Part shown: in pieces, positions 1 through 13,335 of the stretch
How the letters are laid out: every line of letters starts with the position of its first letter
Position numbering within the stretch: position 1 is the stretch's first letter
Assembly: GCA_951406725.2 (NCBI GenBank)
Contig: OX597836.1
Span: 5,270,001-5,334,000, forward strand
DNA length: 64,000 nucleotides
Reading direction: 5' to 3'
Source of the DNA: Octopus vulgaris
Taxonomy: Eukaryota
Notes under the pieces: model-generated
Told to the model about the DNA's origin: nothing
The model's database searches: none
Seen by the model: only the letters and a program-made list of their open reading frames with translations
Program-made: the position numbers and the translations under genes

Positions 1-134
1 CCGGTTCCTATATCGTTTCCTTCTTACAATTACAAGACACTGAAACCCAAAGTGTGTTTCCAAACCGCGTCATTCTTTTCTAAGGCATTCTGGGTCTGTA
101 TGAATGAGATGTAGCTATTATTTTTAGTAGAATG

Positions 135-312
135 GGCGCTGGGCTGTCAGAATCGTTGGCACACCGAGTAATATGCTTGGCGGCATTTCGTCCATTGTTA
201 CATTATGAGTTCAGAATTTCGTCCTTTAGGAGACGATAAAGCTAGTACCATTTGAACACTGGACTTTCACCTCCTCCAAAATGGCTGGTCGTGTGCTATA
301 AAGTGAACCCAT
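135..312 (+). mobile_element. Decayed tRNA-derived SINE, family S2
   Basis: Degenerate match to the 54072-54305 copy (ggcgctgggctgtcagaatcgttggcacacc...gagttcagaattt...gataaagctagtacca). Confidence 0.6.
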
Positions 313-1174
313 TACTTTTAGTAGTTCGCTTGATCAGCTAGATGTTTTATAGATAGAATGACACGGTATAATGTACATTTATTGTTCTAGATATTTTGTG
401 ATTGCCAGGCAAAGGTTGAAAATTGTAAGATGGCAAAAAAAAATTCTAGATCAGAAAAATTGAAGCAAACGCACTGCGTCTCTGATTTTTGCAAAACTTC
501 ATGTCACTGGTGATGATGATACTGTTGATATTATTTGCACCTTGACAGCTGTAAAGAAATGTGGAAGGAAAGAGAATTCTGTATTATTGACGACTTGGGA
601 GAACGCGGGAGTCTAGAACCGATGATGCGAAGAAGGCAGAATTTGATATGGGAAACAGCTAGATATCACTGACAAACTGAGACTGATTGAGCATCTGTGA
701 TACAAATAAATACGAAATAAATATCGGTGATCAATCACATAGCTTACTTTATTTTTGCTTTTCTCTAAATGGTGACGTCTACAACGTTCTAAGGTGTATG
801 AGTTGTAGCGACCCAGATCTGAAAGTTAGCAGGATGAGTTATAATATATAACGACTCCAGTAAGCAGTTCAATCGATATACTGTGGAACTTTTGGACTCT
901 GAATCCATTTACCTGTCTGAAAATTGGGTCAACTGACAACTGTTAGAGATTTAATAAAACTATGGAACAAAATTTTTCTTTTATGCCTTTGGTCGATAAA
1001 TCTTATTTCCTATGTTCTTCTATCTAGAAATCAAAGCAAATTACTACTATTCCCTTCAAACTTTGCTTTTGTGACTTGGACATCAATGTTTTGAATCTGA
1101 CTTATTTTCCATTACATTTCAAAGAGATTCAGCGCTGAGTTGCTGAAGCAGAAATATCGTTATAGCAAATAAAC

Positions 1175-1250
1175 TGCTCAATACCACAGATTTGCTTGTC
1201 GGTTGCTTGATCTTAATCACTTGAGAATGTCAATAAGTGGATGATAATAT
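1175..1250 (+). repeat. Unclassified interspersed repeat fragment
   Basis: tgctcaataccacagatttgcttgtc...ttgagaatgtc is the reverse complement of about 35272-35342. Confidence 0.65.
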
Positions 1251-1432
1251 GTGCGTTTCTGATAATGAGGATTCTTTGGGATTTAAATAAATGCATCAAA
1301 AGCAAAGCTTGAAGGAGATATTAGCCGTTTCTCATACATTCTTGGAGTAAGCACTTTGGAAATAACAGCTGTTATACAAGGACTAAAATCGTGTTACAGT
1401 GTAATTCATATATTCATACTTACTTTCCAGTG

Positions 1433-1819
1433 GAGGCGCAATGGCCCAGTGGTTAGGGCAGCGGACTCGCGGTCATAGGATCGCGGTTTCGATTCCCAGA
1501 CCGGGCGTTGTGAGTGTTTATTGAGCGAAAACACCTAAAAGTTCCACGAGGCTCCGGCAGGGGATGGTGGTGATCCCTGCTGTACTCTTTCACCACAACT
1601 TTCTTTCACTCTTACTTCCTGTTTCTGTTGTTGTACCTGTATTTCAAAGGGCCGGCCTTGTCACTCTCTGTGTCATGCTGAATATCCCCGAGAACTACGT
1701 TAAGGTTACACGTGTCTTTGGAGTGCTCAGCCACTTACACGTTAATTTCACGAGCAGGCTGTTCCGTTGATTCGGATCAACCGGAACCCTCGTCGTCGTA
1801 ACCGACGGAGTGCTTCCAT
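1433..1819 (+). mobile_element. Full-length tRNA-derived SINE, family S4 (OR-like), with 13-bp target-site duplication
   Basis: A box tggcccagtggttagg and B-box-like ggtttcgattccc; flanked by identical ttactttccagtg at 1420-1432 and 1820-1832; 3' stem-loop cgtcg-taac-cgacg. Confidence 0.9.
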
Positions 1820-1954
1820 TTACTTTCCAGTGAACCAATCTTCGTTTCGTTTAATTTTTGACATCACAATTACCAAGACGTCGCTAGAAGAACAACAATG
1901 TTTGGTTTTTTTAAGGATTATTTGCATCCAACATTTACACCTTATCTTAGTTTT

Positions 1955-2160
1955 TCCGTCGTTTCGACGATGACCGGGGAGAAAAAGATGGCAACCTCGG
2001 TTTGTCCGGCTGTGGTCAGTAAGTCCGATGCGTGCTTGGAAAGCTATGGCGCGGATTGGGCACTGGTGGTTTGTGGGGGCTGAAGCCAAGGGGTTGGTTC
2101 TGGATTTGTGCACTTCGCGTTTTCTTTCGGCCCCTGCAATCTTGTCATGTTCGTAAGAGG
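1955..2160 (-). mobile_element. RTE-clade LINE 3' end (decayed C-terminal zinc finger and 3' UTR)
   Basis: Translation ...AERKREVHKSR...HQCPIRAIAFQARIGLTDHSRT resembles the RTE ORF C-terminal CxxCxRxFxARIGLxSHxRTH motif; followed by the tail ggtcatcgtcgaaacgacgga. Confidence 0.8.
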
Positions 2161-3440
2161 TGACACAAACTCACACAAAGACACAAACACACGCAAAGAC
2201 AAAAATACATACAGATAGAAACACACACACAAAGACACAAACACACACTTACCGAGACATACTCGTTTGTTTGTTTGTGTGTGTGTATGTGATTGAATGA
2301 GTGTGTATGTATACGTGCGAGTATTTTCAACATATTTTCTGTGTGGCTAATTTTTCGTAGAATAAATTGATCTGCTAGCTCGTTGCTTTCAATGTTGTAT
2401 AAATATTCATCTGCCGTTAATTAAGGAGACTTACTTTCATTTGTTTGAGTATTGTGTACTGGAGAAGAATTCCTGGTCACCATACTCTGTTGTTCTACAC
2501 ATAATATATAAAGACGCCCACTTCATAAAGCTTTCACAACTGATTTACCGTTTCATACGCACATAATTGAAGTCACCATGGAGATTATAAACCCCCAAGG
2601 CGAAATTCGATTGCCCGAGCGTTGAGAAAGCTACCGTTTGATTTTGATCGATTGTTTTGATGGAAGTTGTCCTGAAGAAATGGAATTCCAACGCGAAATT
2701 GTCGATATCAATATTTCGTCAAAAGAAACAATAATGTAGTTACTTATATCGCATAATTTCCCCCTGTGGGAAGCTTTCAATTTCAAACTAGGGTAAGCAG
2801 AGTTTATACAAACCTTTTATCAATTACGCAGCCTTTCTCCAATGCTTACATTATCGAACAAATATATTTGTATTTGCAATTTATAGTTTGGTGAGAGGAT
2901 TAGGCCATTTAAGATTTAAGTGTCCACAAATATAATGAAGATACTTCATTAAACGCAGGAGAAGCTTTCAAACAAGGATAGACAAGTTAATGAAAATACT
3001 ATCGATTAAGCACATCTTCGCTGTTCTTACAAACACTAATGAACTTAACTGTTTCACTAACGAATTTCGAGTTAAATTGGGGGATTAGGTAGTTTAAGAA
3101 TTAAATTTAAGAAGATTCTTACATTATTTCTTACAAGACTTTTAATCTTTCGTTGGTTTCTCTAATCTTCTACTTATTATATCGATGTCTCTTTATTTAA
3201 TCGCTAACGCACTGTATACACATATACATACACTAAAAACATATACAGACAGTCATATATACAATACTAGCGTGTGTAGATATGTGTCTGCGTGCGTGTG
3301 TATTTATATACATTCATGTATGTGCGTGGGTAATAATGTTTATTTAATTTAATGACTCTGAATACTCAACGTTTTCTTGTTATGTGTTCATCAGACGAAA
3401 TGCGGCTTAGGCAGACAGAAAGGCAAACAGACAGATAGAA

Positions 3441-3444
<4 letters not shown>

Positions 3445-3497
<53 letters not shown>

Positions 3498-3520
3498 CAG
3501 AGAGAGAAACAGAGAGAGAG
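3445..3520. repeat. (AG)n microsatellite
   Basis: Direct inspection. Confidence 0.95.
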
Positions 3521-3724
3521 GGAGATTTCAAGGCAACGAAACATGGCGCAGGTGGTCACGAATCAGCAATATTAATTCGCCTTGTCGCATTCATTTATTT
3601 AATTCATTTTCATCTCTCTGTACTTTATCTTCCTTCAGTCAATGGCCACCGACAACGCCGGGGCACAAGAATAAAAGGCTTCGTTCACGATATCGATTCA
3701 AGCACACGCACACATACATACACA

Positions 3725-4055
3725 CAGTCATTTTTGACTGCGGCCATGCTAGAGCACCGCCTTTAGTTGAACAAATCAGGTCCCATGACATATTCTTTGT
3801 AAGCCTAGTACTTATTCTAACTCAGCAGCTTCGGTACAGGCGGTTGAGCCGAATACATCGACCCCGATCGCGACTGGTAATTGCTTTATCGACCTCTTGT
3901 CTTACGGGGACGTAAACACACGATGGTGTGTGTTAGTGTGTATGGGGGGGGGTGACAAATACAGACACCAAAATACGTAGATATATATGTGATGGGCTTC
4001 TTTCAGGTTCTTTCAAGGCACAGTGGGACTGAACCTGGAACCTTGTGGTTGGTAA

Positions 4056-4058
<3 letters not shown>
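3725..4058 (-). mobile_element. Fragmented SINE family S1 with an embedded S2-like fragment (about 3845-3895)
   Basis: Reverse complement matches segments of 38242-38660 (gactgcggccatgctagagcaccgcctttag; cagtgggactgaacctggaacc). Confidence 0.75.
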
Positions 4059-4111
<53 letters not shown>

Positions 4112-4167
4112 ATATATGGGGATAGAGAGAGAGGGGGGATAGGTATAAACACACACACATTCATATG

Positions 4168-4200
<33 letters not shown>

Positions 4201-4204
4201 ATGT

Positions 4205-4425
4205 ATATGGTTGTGTGCCTGTGTCTTATCCACTACAATCCCTACATAACCGATGTTGGTGTATTTACGTCCCCGGGACCTATTGGTTCGGCAATAAAAT
4301 CGGATACAATAAACACCAGACTTACAAAGAATAACTCCTGGGATCGATTTGTTTGACTAAAGGCGGTGCTCCAGCATGGCCGCGGTCAAATGAATGGAAC
4401 AAGTAAATGAATAAAAGAGAAATGT
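4205..4425 (+). mobile_element. SINE family S1, 3' half
   Basis: aaccgatgttggtgtatttacgtcccc...gactaaaggcggtgctccagcatggccgc matches 38480-38640. Confidence 0.8.
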
Positions 4426-4654
4426 AAATATACAAGTGCGTATATATATATATTGTATATCTATCTATCTATCTATATATATATATATATATATACATAA
4501 ATACATATATATATATATATTTATATATACATACATATATATATATTTATATATATACATACATACATATATATATATATATAAATATATATGCACATAT
4601 ATATATATTTATATATACATACATATATATATATATTTATATTTATATATAACT

Positions 4655-4792
4655 GCTACCTAATTTATCGACCCCGAAAATATAAAAGGCAAAGTTGACC
4701 TCCGCGGAATTTGAACTCACAACATAAAGACAGACGAGACACCGCTAAACATTCCGCCCGGAGTGCTAACATTTGAGCCAGCTCGCCGCCTT
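4655..4792 (-). mobile_element. SINE family S2, 5' part
   Basis: Reverse complement aaggcggcgagctggc...gagttcaaattccgcggaggtcaactttgcc matches 54072 onward. Confidence 0.85.
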
Positions 4793-5149
4793 ATAGTGAC
4801 GAAGACACTATGCACTGACTTGTAAAGGAACTCAAAAAAAGTACAGCTATGAACCGAGAGAAGCACAGTGGAAATTTGAACTTGTATCGTATGTTGTATG
4901 TGTCACATTTTGCAGGTTCATAACAGAGAGAGAATTCAATGAATTAGATGGATAATGATTCAATGAAATGCAAAATGCAGATATCAGATGTAGAATTGAC
5001 GAGATAAGGCGATGGAGATTATGTGAACTGATTATGAAATTGGAGGGAACTGCAAACTATTTACATGGATACACGTCTATAGAAATTCGAGTATGTAAAC
5101 GTAGATACAGAAATGGGTTCAAAGAAAAGCAAGCTACAGATAGACACAA

Positions 5150-5243
<94 letters not shown>

Positions 5244-5525
5244 GTATACATTTATCCATGTATACATATGCAATATATATGTATATCAAACATATATATA
5301 TGCATATATATATATACATGTAGGTATATATGAATGTGCTTATACATACATAAACATAAATGTACGTGTATATATATCATCTATATACTTGTACGTATGG
5401 TATATATATGTATGTATGTGTGCGAGCGTGTGTGTGTGTGTGCCCGCGCATAATACATACGAGATAGATTGTTTAAATCGATTTTTTATTCAATATATAT
5501 ATATATATATGTATATATGTTTATA

Positions 5526-5609
<84 letters not shown>

Positions 5610-5656
5610 AACATTTATGTATATATATTTATATATGCATATACATTCATGTATAT

Positions 5657-5687
<31 letters not shown>

Positions 5688-5786
5688 AACATTCATGTGT
5701 ATATATATATACATTCATATATATGTGTATGCGTATATATATATATATATATATATTTATTTATATATATGTATAAATATATATAT

Positions 5787-5862
<76 letters not shown>

Positions 5863-5875
5863 ATGTACATATGCA
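5150..5875. repeat. Compound (CA)n/(TA)n microsatellite field; similar fields occur throughout, e.g. 6225-7260, 7750-8095, 8905-9030, 15045-15300, 26145-26460, 53175-53520, 60770-61025
   Basis: Direct inspection; source of the YIYIYI ORFs. Confidence 0.95.
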
Positions 5876-6252
5876 TAAATATATCTTCGTTAATCTTCAT
5901 TACATGTTCTACTTCGTTTTCTGTAACATCATAGGAGCGTTGAATATTGCAGCAGCCGACTTCAGCTGTGATATTGAACTATAAACAGCATATCTCACTG
6001 AAATGTTCCATATTATCAGGCGAAATGAGTAATATATAGAACAGTAGAAACATCAAACGGACGCCTTGTAATGAACTTGCATACACACAGCCATGAAAAT
6101 ACATTTGCAAAATAACAGAGGAAAAAAAACGGGTAAAGCCGTACACACAGGGAAGCATATATCCACTAACATAGTGGAAGACACATCCGTACGGACACAC
6201 ACCGACATACAGACACACGCACCCATATATATATATTTATATGTATATATAA

Positions 6253-6298
<46 letters not shown>

Positions 6299-6324
6299 TT
6301 AATAATATATATATATATATATAT

Positions 6325-6374
<50 letters not shown>

Positions 6375-6749
6375 ATACATAAATATATATATACATGCAT
6401 GTATACATATATGGATGTAAGTTAAATTATGTAACAGCACCAAAATGGCGGTGCCCCTGCATGGCCACACCTCATGTGCTGAAACGAGATCAAATAAAAA
6501 AGAACAAGTCTTATACATTTACATATATATATATATACATACACACGTATATAAGTATCCTTGTTTCCGTGTTTATATATATATATTTATATATATATAT
6601 ATAATTTTCTTTTAATCTATACGCAAACACGCATATATCCACGTATAACCAGACGTACGAATCAATATGATGACCGCGTTTTAATGTGTCAGGCAATTGG
6701 CATCATTTATAGGTTATTTACATATGTATCTCTCTATCTCTCTCTCTCA

Positions 6750-6821
<72 letters not shown>

Positions 6822-7132
6822 ATATATATATTATATATATATATATATATACATATGTATTTGTGTAAATGTGTGTTTGTGTGTATTTAAGAAATACGTG
6901 CATGTAGATAGATATAAATATATGTATAAACAAAAATGCAGAATATACACACATATATATACTAGCAAATACTTATGCAATAATACATATATATATATAT
7001 ATATTCATATATTTACACATATAGGAATAAATATGTACATACATTTTTATGTATATATATAGCTATATATACATATATATACACATACACACACTCACAC
7101 ATCCCTTTCTCTATATACATATGTATATATAT

Positions 7133-7163
<31 letters not shown>

Positions 7164-7196
7164 CATACATATGTATATATATATATATGTATATGC

Positions 7197-7228
<32 letters not shown>

Positions 7229-7751
7229 ATTATATAAATATATTAAATATATGTGTGTGTGTATGTGCATAAATAAATACATACTGACAGAGATAAAAGC
7301 AGTGAGTTAGATATAGTGGATACATAATCTCATAGATAAAAACAAAGCGTATGTAATGCAGTTAAGCTCTTGCATATATACACTCCGTCCTCCATGTTGA
7401 AACACTGCTACACAAAGAAACACATATTGCGTACATATGTTTACAAATGGTTATCACTGACAATCAAAGAGATAAGAGATCCAAGCTATGTGGAAATGGT
7501 ACCATCAATATTTGGTTCTTTTCTTTCACATATTCAGCACAGAAACAGACACGCACACACAAAGACACGTACACACACACATACCTTTACACGCACATAC
7601 ACACGCAAAAAAAAAAAAACTTTGTTAAGAGTCACGCAGCAACATGTGAATCTACATATAGGCATTAATTATATACATATCTATTTATCTATTTCTCTAT
7701 CTATCTGCATCTCTCCCCTTCTCTTCCCCCTCTCTCTCCCTCTCTCTCTCC

Positions 7752-7782
<31 letters not shown>

Positions 7783-7840
7783 CGTGTATTAGTGTTTGTT
7801 AGTGTGTGTGTTTGTGTGCGTGTGTGTGTATGTACGTATA

Positions 7841-7889
<49 letters not shown>

Positions 7890-8043
7890 ATATAAATATA
7901 GTTATATATATACTGTTGTATATGTGTGTATACATACATATATATATATGTCTATATATACATATATATAGTTATATATATATATATGTATATGAGTATT
8001 TATATATTTATGCATACGCACACACAGACACACAGACACACAG

Positions 8044-8095
<52 letters not shown>

Positions 8096-8898
8096 TCATA
8101 TGTATGCAGTGAGCTACATAAAGCTGTGCCCGAGATTCGGAATTTGTAAATTAACGTTAATAATATACCGCCAGATGTGTCGAATAGGTTTTTACCGTAA
8201 ACATAAAAATGTCGTAAACCCAAATATAAGAACCATACCCCACCCTCAACCATACGCACACACGGAGGAGAACACCTCCCCCCCCCACACACACACACTT
8301 ACATATACACAAAATCAAACACACGCACAAACAGACACACCCGAGCACTGGGAAAACAGAAGTCACAAAATGGTTGAAAATAACAATTTATTGCATGTAG
8401 AATGCAAATATTTATGAATAAATGATTAAGGTTTAAAGGTACATCTAAAAGCGCCCGGTTTATAATCCGCTATTTATTTGCCATTTATATGGAAACGCGA
8501 AGGGGTCGTCGTTACGTGATCGTAAGCGTAACTAAGAACACAGAAGATTAAAACAAATATTTTTGCGTCATGCATTTAGGATTTTTGTTCATACGTTTGA
8601 AGGATTTTTATTTGCCTTTGGGCTTATCCCTTTCATGTACAGATCGTGCTTCTGGATTCCTGAATTTAAGCATTTCGAAATATGTAAGTGTAACTAATTC
8701 TTTGTGAGTATACGTGTATGCATGTGTGTGTGTTCGTGCGTGCCTCTGTGTGTGTGTGTGTGTGTGTGTAGTGTATGTTTTTGCTGGTGAATTTATTCCA
8801 GTATTTATTTTTCCCTCTTAATATGTGCGACTTTATGCGCATGTGCAGTATTTTTTTATATGCGACTTTACTGTTGTATGTATATCTATACATACCTA

Positions 8899-8952
<54 letters not shown>

Positions 8953-9975
8953 GTATATATATATATACATATATATATATACATATGTATATATATATGC
9001 ATACATATGTGCATATATGTATATATATATGATTATATAATATATACTTATACATGCATACATTTCTATATAAATGTATTTTGTGTGTATTTGTGTACGT
9101 ATATATGCATACGTGCATATAAACCTCTGTATACGCAAAATAATAAACGTATGAGCACGCATAAACAAATATATATATAACACATGCACTCATATATACA
9201 AACATATATTCACACACGCGCACACACTCAGACACACAGACGCACATATATGTATGCATATATACACACATAAGCGTGCGCTTTTATGGGGATAACGTTT
9301 ATCGTTAAGAAAAATTATGCGAAGCGTAATTTACATAATTGGGATGTTAATCGTTAACCGTAGCATTGGGGACCGCATTAATTTTGATCATCGTCATCAT
9401 CGACGCTTTCATAGTCTTTGTCATTGCCGTCCACTCCCTCCTCCCCATCATCATCATCATCATCATCAATTCCCTCATCATCATCACGATCGTCAAACTA
9501 ATTCTAACAAATAAACCTAACGCCATCTCCGATACAACCAGAACCAGCTGCGCTGTTCCAGTGATTTAAAGAACACCATATTTTGTTGTAGATTCGCACT
9601 CATTTCTTCACCTTACTAGCTAGAAACAGCTGCCAAATTCTCGCTCAACACTATCGTCCTCCGTTTACAGGTAATGGAGGATTAGCTTAGATGATTTAAA
9701 GACTACCTCGTAAAAATAGCCATGGTGTCCATTGTCCTTTAGGAATTCTCCCTGAGGATATACACAAGTCACTAGTTTCGCATATGGAATGTTATTTCTG
9801 AAAATAAAGAATTGTGCATGAAAACAGTTGTAGGTAGGAATTTCTATGTATAATTTGAATGCCTTTGGACAAAAACATCGGTTTGAAATATTTTTGCCTC
9901 TCCCGTCGAAAATGATGTGTGGGCGACTTACACAAATGATATGCTTCTAATATTGTACATTAATCAACTGGCACC

Positions 9976-10085
<110 letters not shown>

Positions 10086-11517
10086 ATATATATATATATA
10101 TATGTATACATACATATATATATATATATATAACGACAAGCTTAGTTTAGATCCCGTTTACCTTATCTATTGAAAAATTTTGGTCGGCTCGAGGCTATAG
10201 TAGAAGATATTTGCCCGAGGGGACTGAACCCAGAACTTCTTACGACTGACCACTGTGACCAGTACAGATCTGGGAAATATCAGTAATCCGGAAATGTTTT
10301 TGTACCAAAAGGTTCCGGTCACTCGATGTAGTTGTAGATTTATGATGGTGGAAAATATGAGGACAGGAAAAGAGCACCAAGCAAGGATAGCCATGACGAC
10401 AACAACAATAATAAAAATAAAGGCAACAAGGACAATAACATGAATGATCACAAAAGCAACATTAACAACAACAACTACTTCTAAAACCAAACCGACGCTG
10501 AGAACAACAACAATATAGCAACAACATCTGTTACAACAACAAGGGTGCCGACAACAGCAACAATTACCGTTCAAGAATTTGGACCTGGAGATTTCCATTT
10601 CCAGTGACTTCGAGGGCCACTTCCCAGTGGTGTCGGGCGTCAAAAAAGACGACTACAGAAAGACGACCAAAGCTTTTTTTTCCCTCAAGGTCTGGGGTCT
10701 CCCGCCCCTAAGCCCTAGACCATCACCTAATCACCCTTACCTCCCGTCTTGTTGCTTAACAACCACAAAAACAACAACAACAACAACAATAAGAATGACA
10801 GCAACAATAGCAGCAACAACTTCAGGTACAGCAACAAATGCGCCGGCAACAACAACAACAAAAGCCACAAAGACAATCGCGACAAAAACAACAACCACAA
10901 CGGCACTAACAACAATACAAATAATAACAACAAAGATGGCAGCTACAAGAAGAACAACAACAAACGTTGTAATAATAACAAAACCACCAAAATTAATCCA
11001 TAAAATTCTTGTAAGATTCCATCAGTGAATCATATCGTTAATTAACATTGAACTAAATTGTTCAAAGATGGAAGTCTTTGCCGCTTTTCAAAGATTTGCC
11101 ATTCAGCTTCAAGGAATGGCAATGCTGCTTTTGTAATACACTTCATCAAATTCTTTTGTCATTTCTTCTTTCTCCTTGGTCGTTTTGGGAATGTTGTTGC
11201 TGTTGTTGTGGTCGCTCTAGCTTTTGTTTTATTATTTGTTTTATTTTCCTTCGTATTTTTTCCTATGTTTCTCCTCTTTTTCTTCTTCTTCGTATTCATC
11301 TTCTTTTTTTGCCATCCTCTTTCCTTTTCCTCTTTTTCTCCATCATCGATTTCTTCGGCTTTCTTTTTATTCTTCCTTATTTCCTTTTATTTTATTTTTC
11401 ATGTTCCTCTTTATCGTTTTCTTCATCTCTTTCTTATTTTTATCTCCTTTTTCATCTTCTCTTCCTCCTCTTCTTCTTTTTCTTCTTCTTCTTCTTTTAC
11501 GTCTTCTTCTTCTTCTT

Positions 11518-11548
<31 letters not shown>

Positions 11549-11580
11549 ATCGTTCTCATTTAGTTGCTATTGCTGTTGTC

Positions 11581-11830
11581 ATGGCCTACTAGCTAGAGAT
11601 GCTAGCAGGCCATACTACTCCAGACTGATGACGAGCAAAAACTCAGAAACTAGTCTCTGGTTGCAGCCTTAGCTGGTTGGGGTTGATTTACACCCCCTTG
11701 TAAACATAAGGACAGAGGAAATGTGTCAAGGCCGACAGGAAACTTTGATGCTTCCTAGGGCCAAATAGCAGTAGTGTGATTCCCTTCATGGGACTGTCAC
11801 ATTAAGTTGACAGTATACAACTACTCTCTC
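11581..11830 (+). mobile_element. Short Penelope-type terminal-repeat-like element carrying a hammerhead
   Basis: 5' fold-back (atggcctactagc/gctagcaggccat), HHR motif at 11620-11660, ends at a (TA)n tract. Penelope assignment is inferred from the minimal HHR architecture. Confidence 0.55.
11620..11660 (+). ncRNA. Minimal type I hammerhead ribozyme motif
   Basis: CCAGA-CUGAUGA-c-GAG(caaaaa)CUC-a-GAAA-CUAG-UC-UCUGG: 5-bp stem I, intact core boxes, palindromic ACUAGU stem III, GUC site (predicted cut after 11655). Confidence 0.75.
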
Positions 11831-11871
11831 TATATATAATATATATATATATATATACGTGTGCAAAATGC

Positions 11872-12032
11872 GGGTGCAAAATTAGGTGTACAGTATCACA
11901 ACGCTGTAATATTTAATATATTAAAATTATTAGCAGATTAAATTAGTTAGCCACATTTTTTATATTTTCTGTGTCTTTAATCATTATAATACATTTATCA
12001 TAACAATAATAATAACAACAATAATAATAATA

Positions 12033-12097
<65 letters not shown>

Positions 12098-12184
12098 TTT
12101 ATTGAACTCTTAATGTTTTTCATAAAAATAAATGTGTATTTACGCGTCTCTTTTTCTTGTAACTGTATACCTACTTTTACACCC
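11872..12184. mobile_element. Tc1/mariner-type MITE with internal (AAT)n
   Basis: Inverted termini gggtgcaaaattaggtgtacagt (11872-11894) and actgtatacctacttttacaccc (12162-12184), 20/23 match. Confidence 0.7.
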
Positions 12185-12894
12185 CCTTATGTGTCGGTGG
12201 GTGGGTGTTTGTGTGAGTGTGAGTGTGTGCGTGTGTGTGTTTGTGTCTGTCTGTCTGTATGACTGTATATATGCATGTTCATTAGTACCGTTGTAATATT
12301 TTTTGCTATATCTTGGGGGATCTAAATGAGATGTGATAAAAGAAAATTGGAAAATGCGGCTGATTTATTATTCCAAACCAGGGAATATTTTGGGGTTTTA
12401 AATATAACATCAAGGTAAGAATTAGAAATGTCGAACATATGTAATAGAACACGGAATTTCAAGGACTTCTTTGATTCCTATAAATCAAAATCAGAAAGAA
12501 AATTCCAAGAAACACAAAACGTATTACAAATAGATTCTACATAGTGAGTGACGTGTAGGAAAATTGACGTCGTAACTTTGGTATCGTTTTCACTGTTTCT
12601 CTCGCTTCTCTTATTACTTTTACTTCTTTTTGATAAAGAATATAATCCGATGCGTTAGATCGATTTTTTTTCTTTTTTTCTTTAGAGTGTATATTTTCGA
12701 GATTTATATTTTGCTGCTGTTATATTTTCGTTTAATATTTCGACGCTGTTTCCTGCATGTTACCGCCATGAATTTTTTGGTTTCTTTATATTCCTTGTGT
12801 TATGGAGTTCAAAACTATCAAAGGTCCTTTCCAAGTGAAAGGGCCATGAGATCGGTTTCTCGGATTGTGAGGCTCAGTGTGCCGGTCTGTTTCA

Positions 12895-13025
12895 GGATCA
12901 CTCATTTTTGCCCGCTAAGTGAACGGGGGCAGCGAGAAAAGTACACTTTTGCTCAAGAACACACCGCATCAACCGGTCCAGACTTGAAATCGCAACAGTC
13001 GAACCACTAAGCCACGCATCTCCAT
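12895..13025 (-). mobile_element. Decayed SINE head related to family S3
   Basis: gctcaagaacacaccgca...aaccactaagccacgc is reverse-complementary to the S3 head at 37301-37400. Confidence 0.6.
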
Positions 13026-13147
13026 GTTACAGCAATAATCGATTTATTTAAGCTTTTGCCTCACTATCTATTGATTTAGCGAACTGTTAATCGATCGATC
13101 TACCTGTCTTCTATCTGTGTGTGTGTCTGTATGTGTGTATGTGTAAA

Positions 13148-13335
13148 ACGGTTTCAAATTTATTTACAATGCCAGCAATTTTGGAGGACGTAGTAAGTTC
13201 ATTACATCGACCACAGTGCTCGTTTTATCGACTCCGAAAGAATAAAAAGGCGAAGTCAAACGAAGTGAAATTTTAACTAAGAATATAAAAATGGACGAAA
13301 TGTGGCTAAGCATCTTGTCCGGCAGGGCTCACCGT
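13148..13335 (-). mobile_element. Decayed SINE family S2
   Basis: ttttatcgactccgaaagaataaaaaggcgaagtc...gacgaaatg..gctaagcat. Confidence 0.7.

Noticed and set aside
3366-3400. Minus-strand CUGAUGA...GAAAACGUU hammerhead candidate
   Set aside because: No stem II or stem I pairing.
10288-10320. Imperfect hairpin ccggaa...ttccgg
   Set aside because: Too short, and no partner terminus found to define a MITE.
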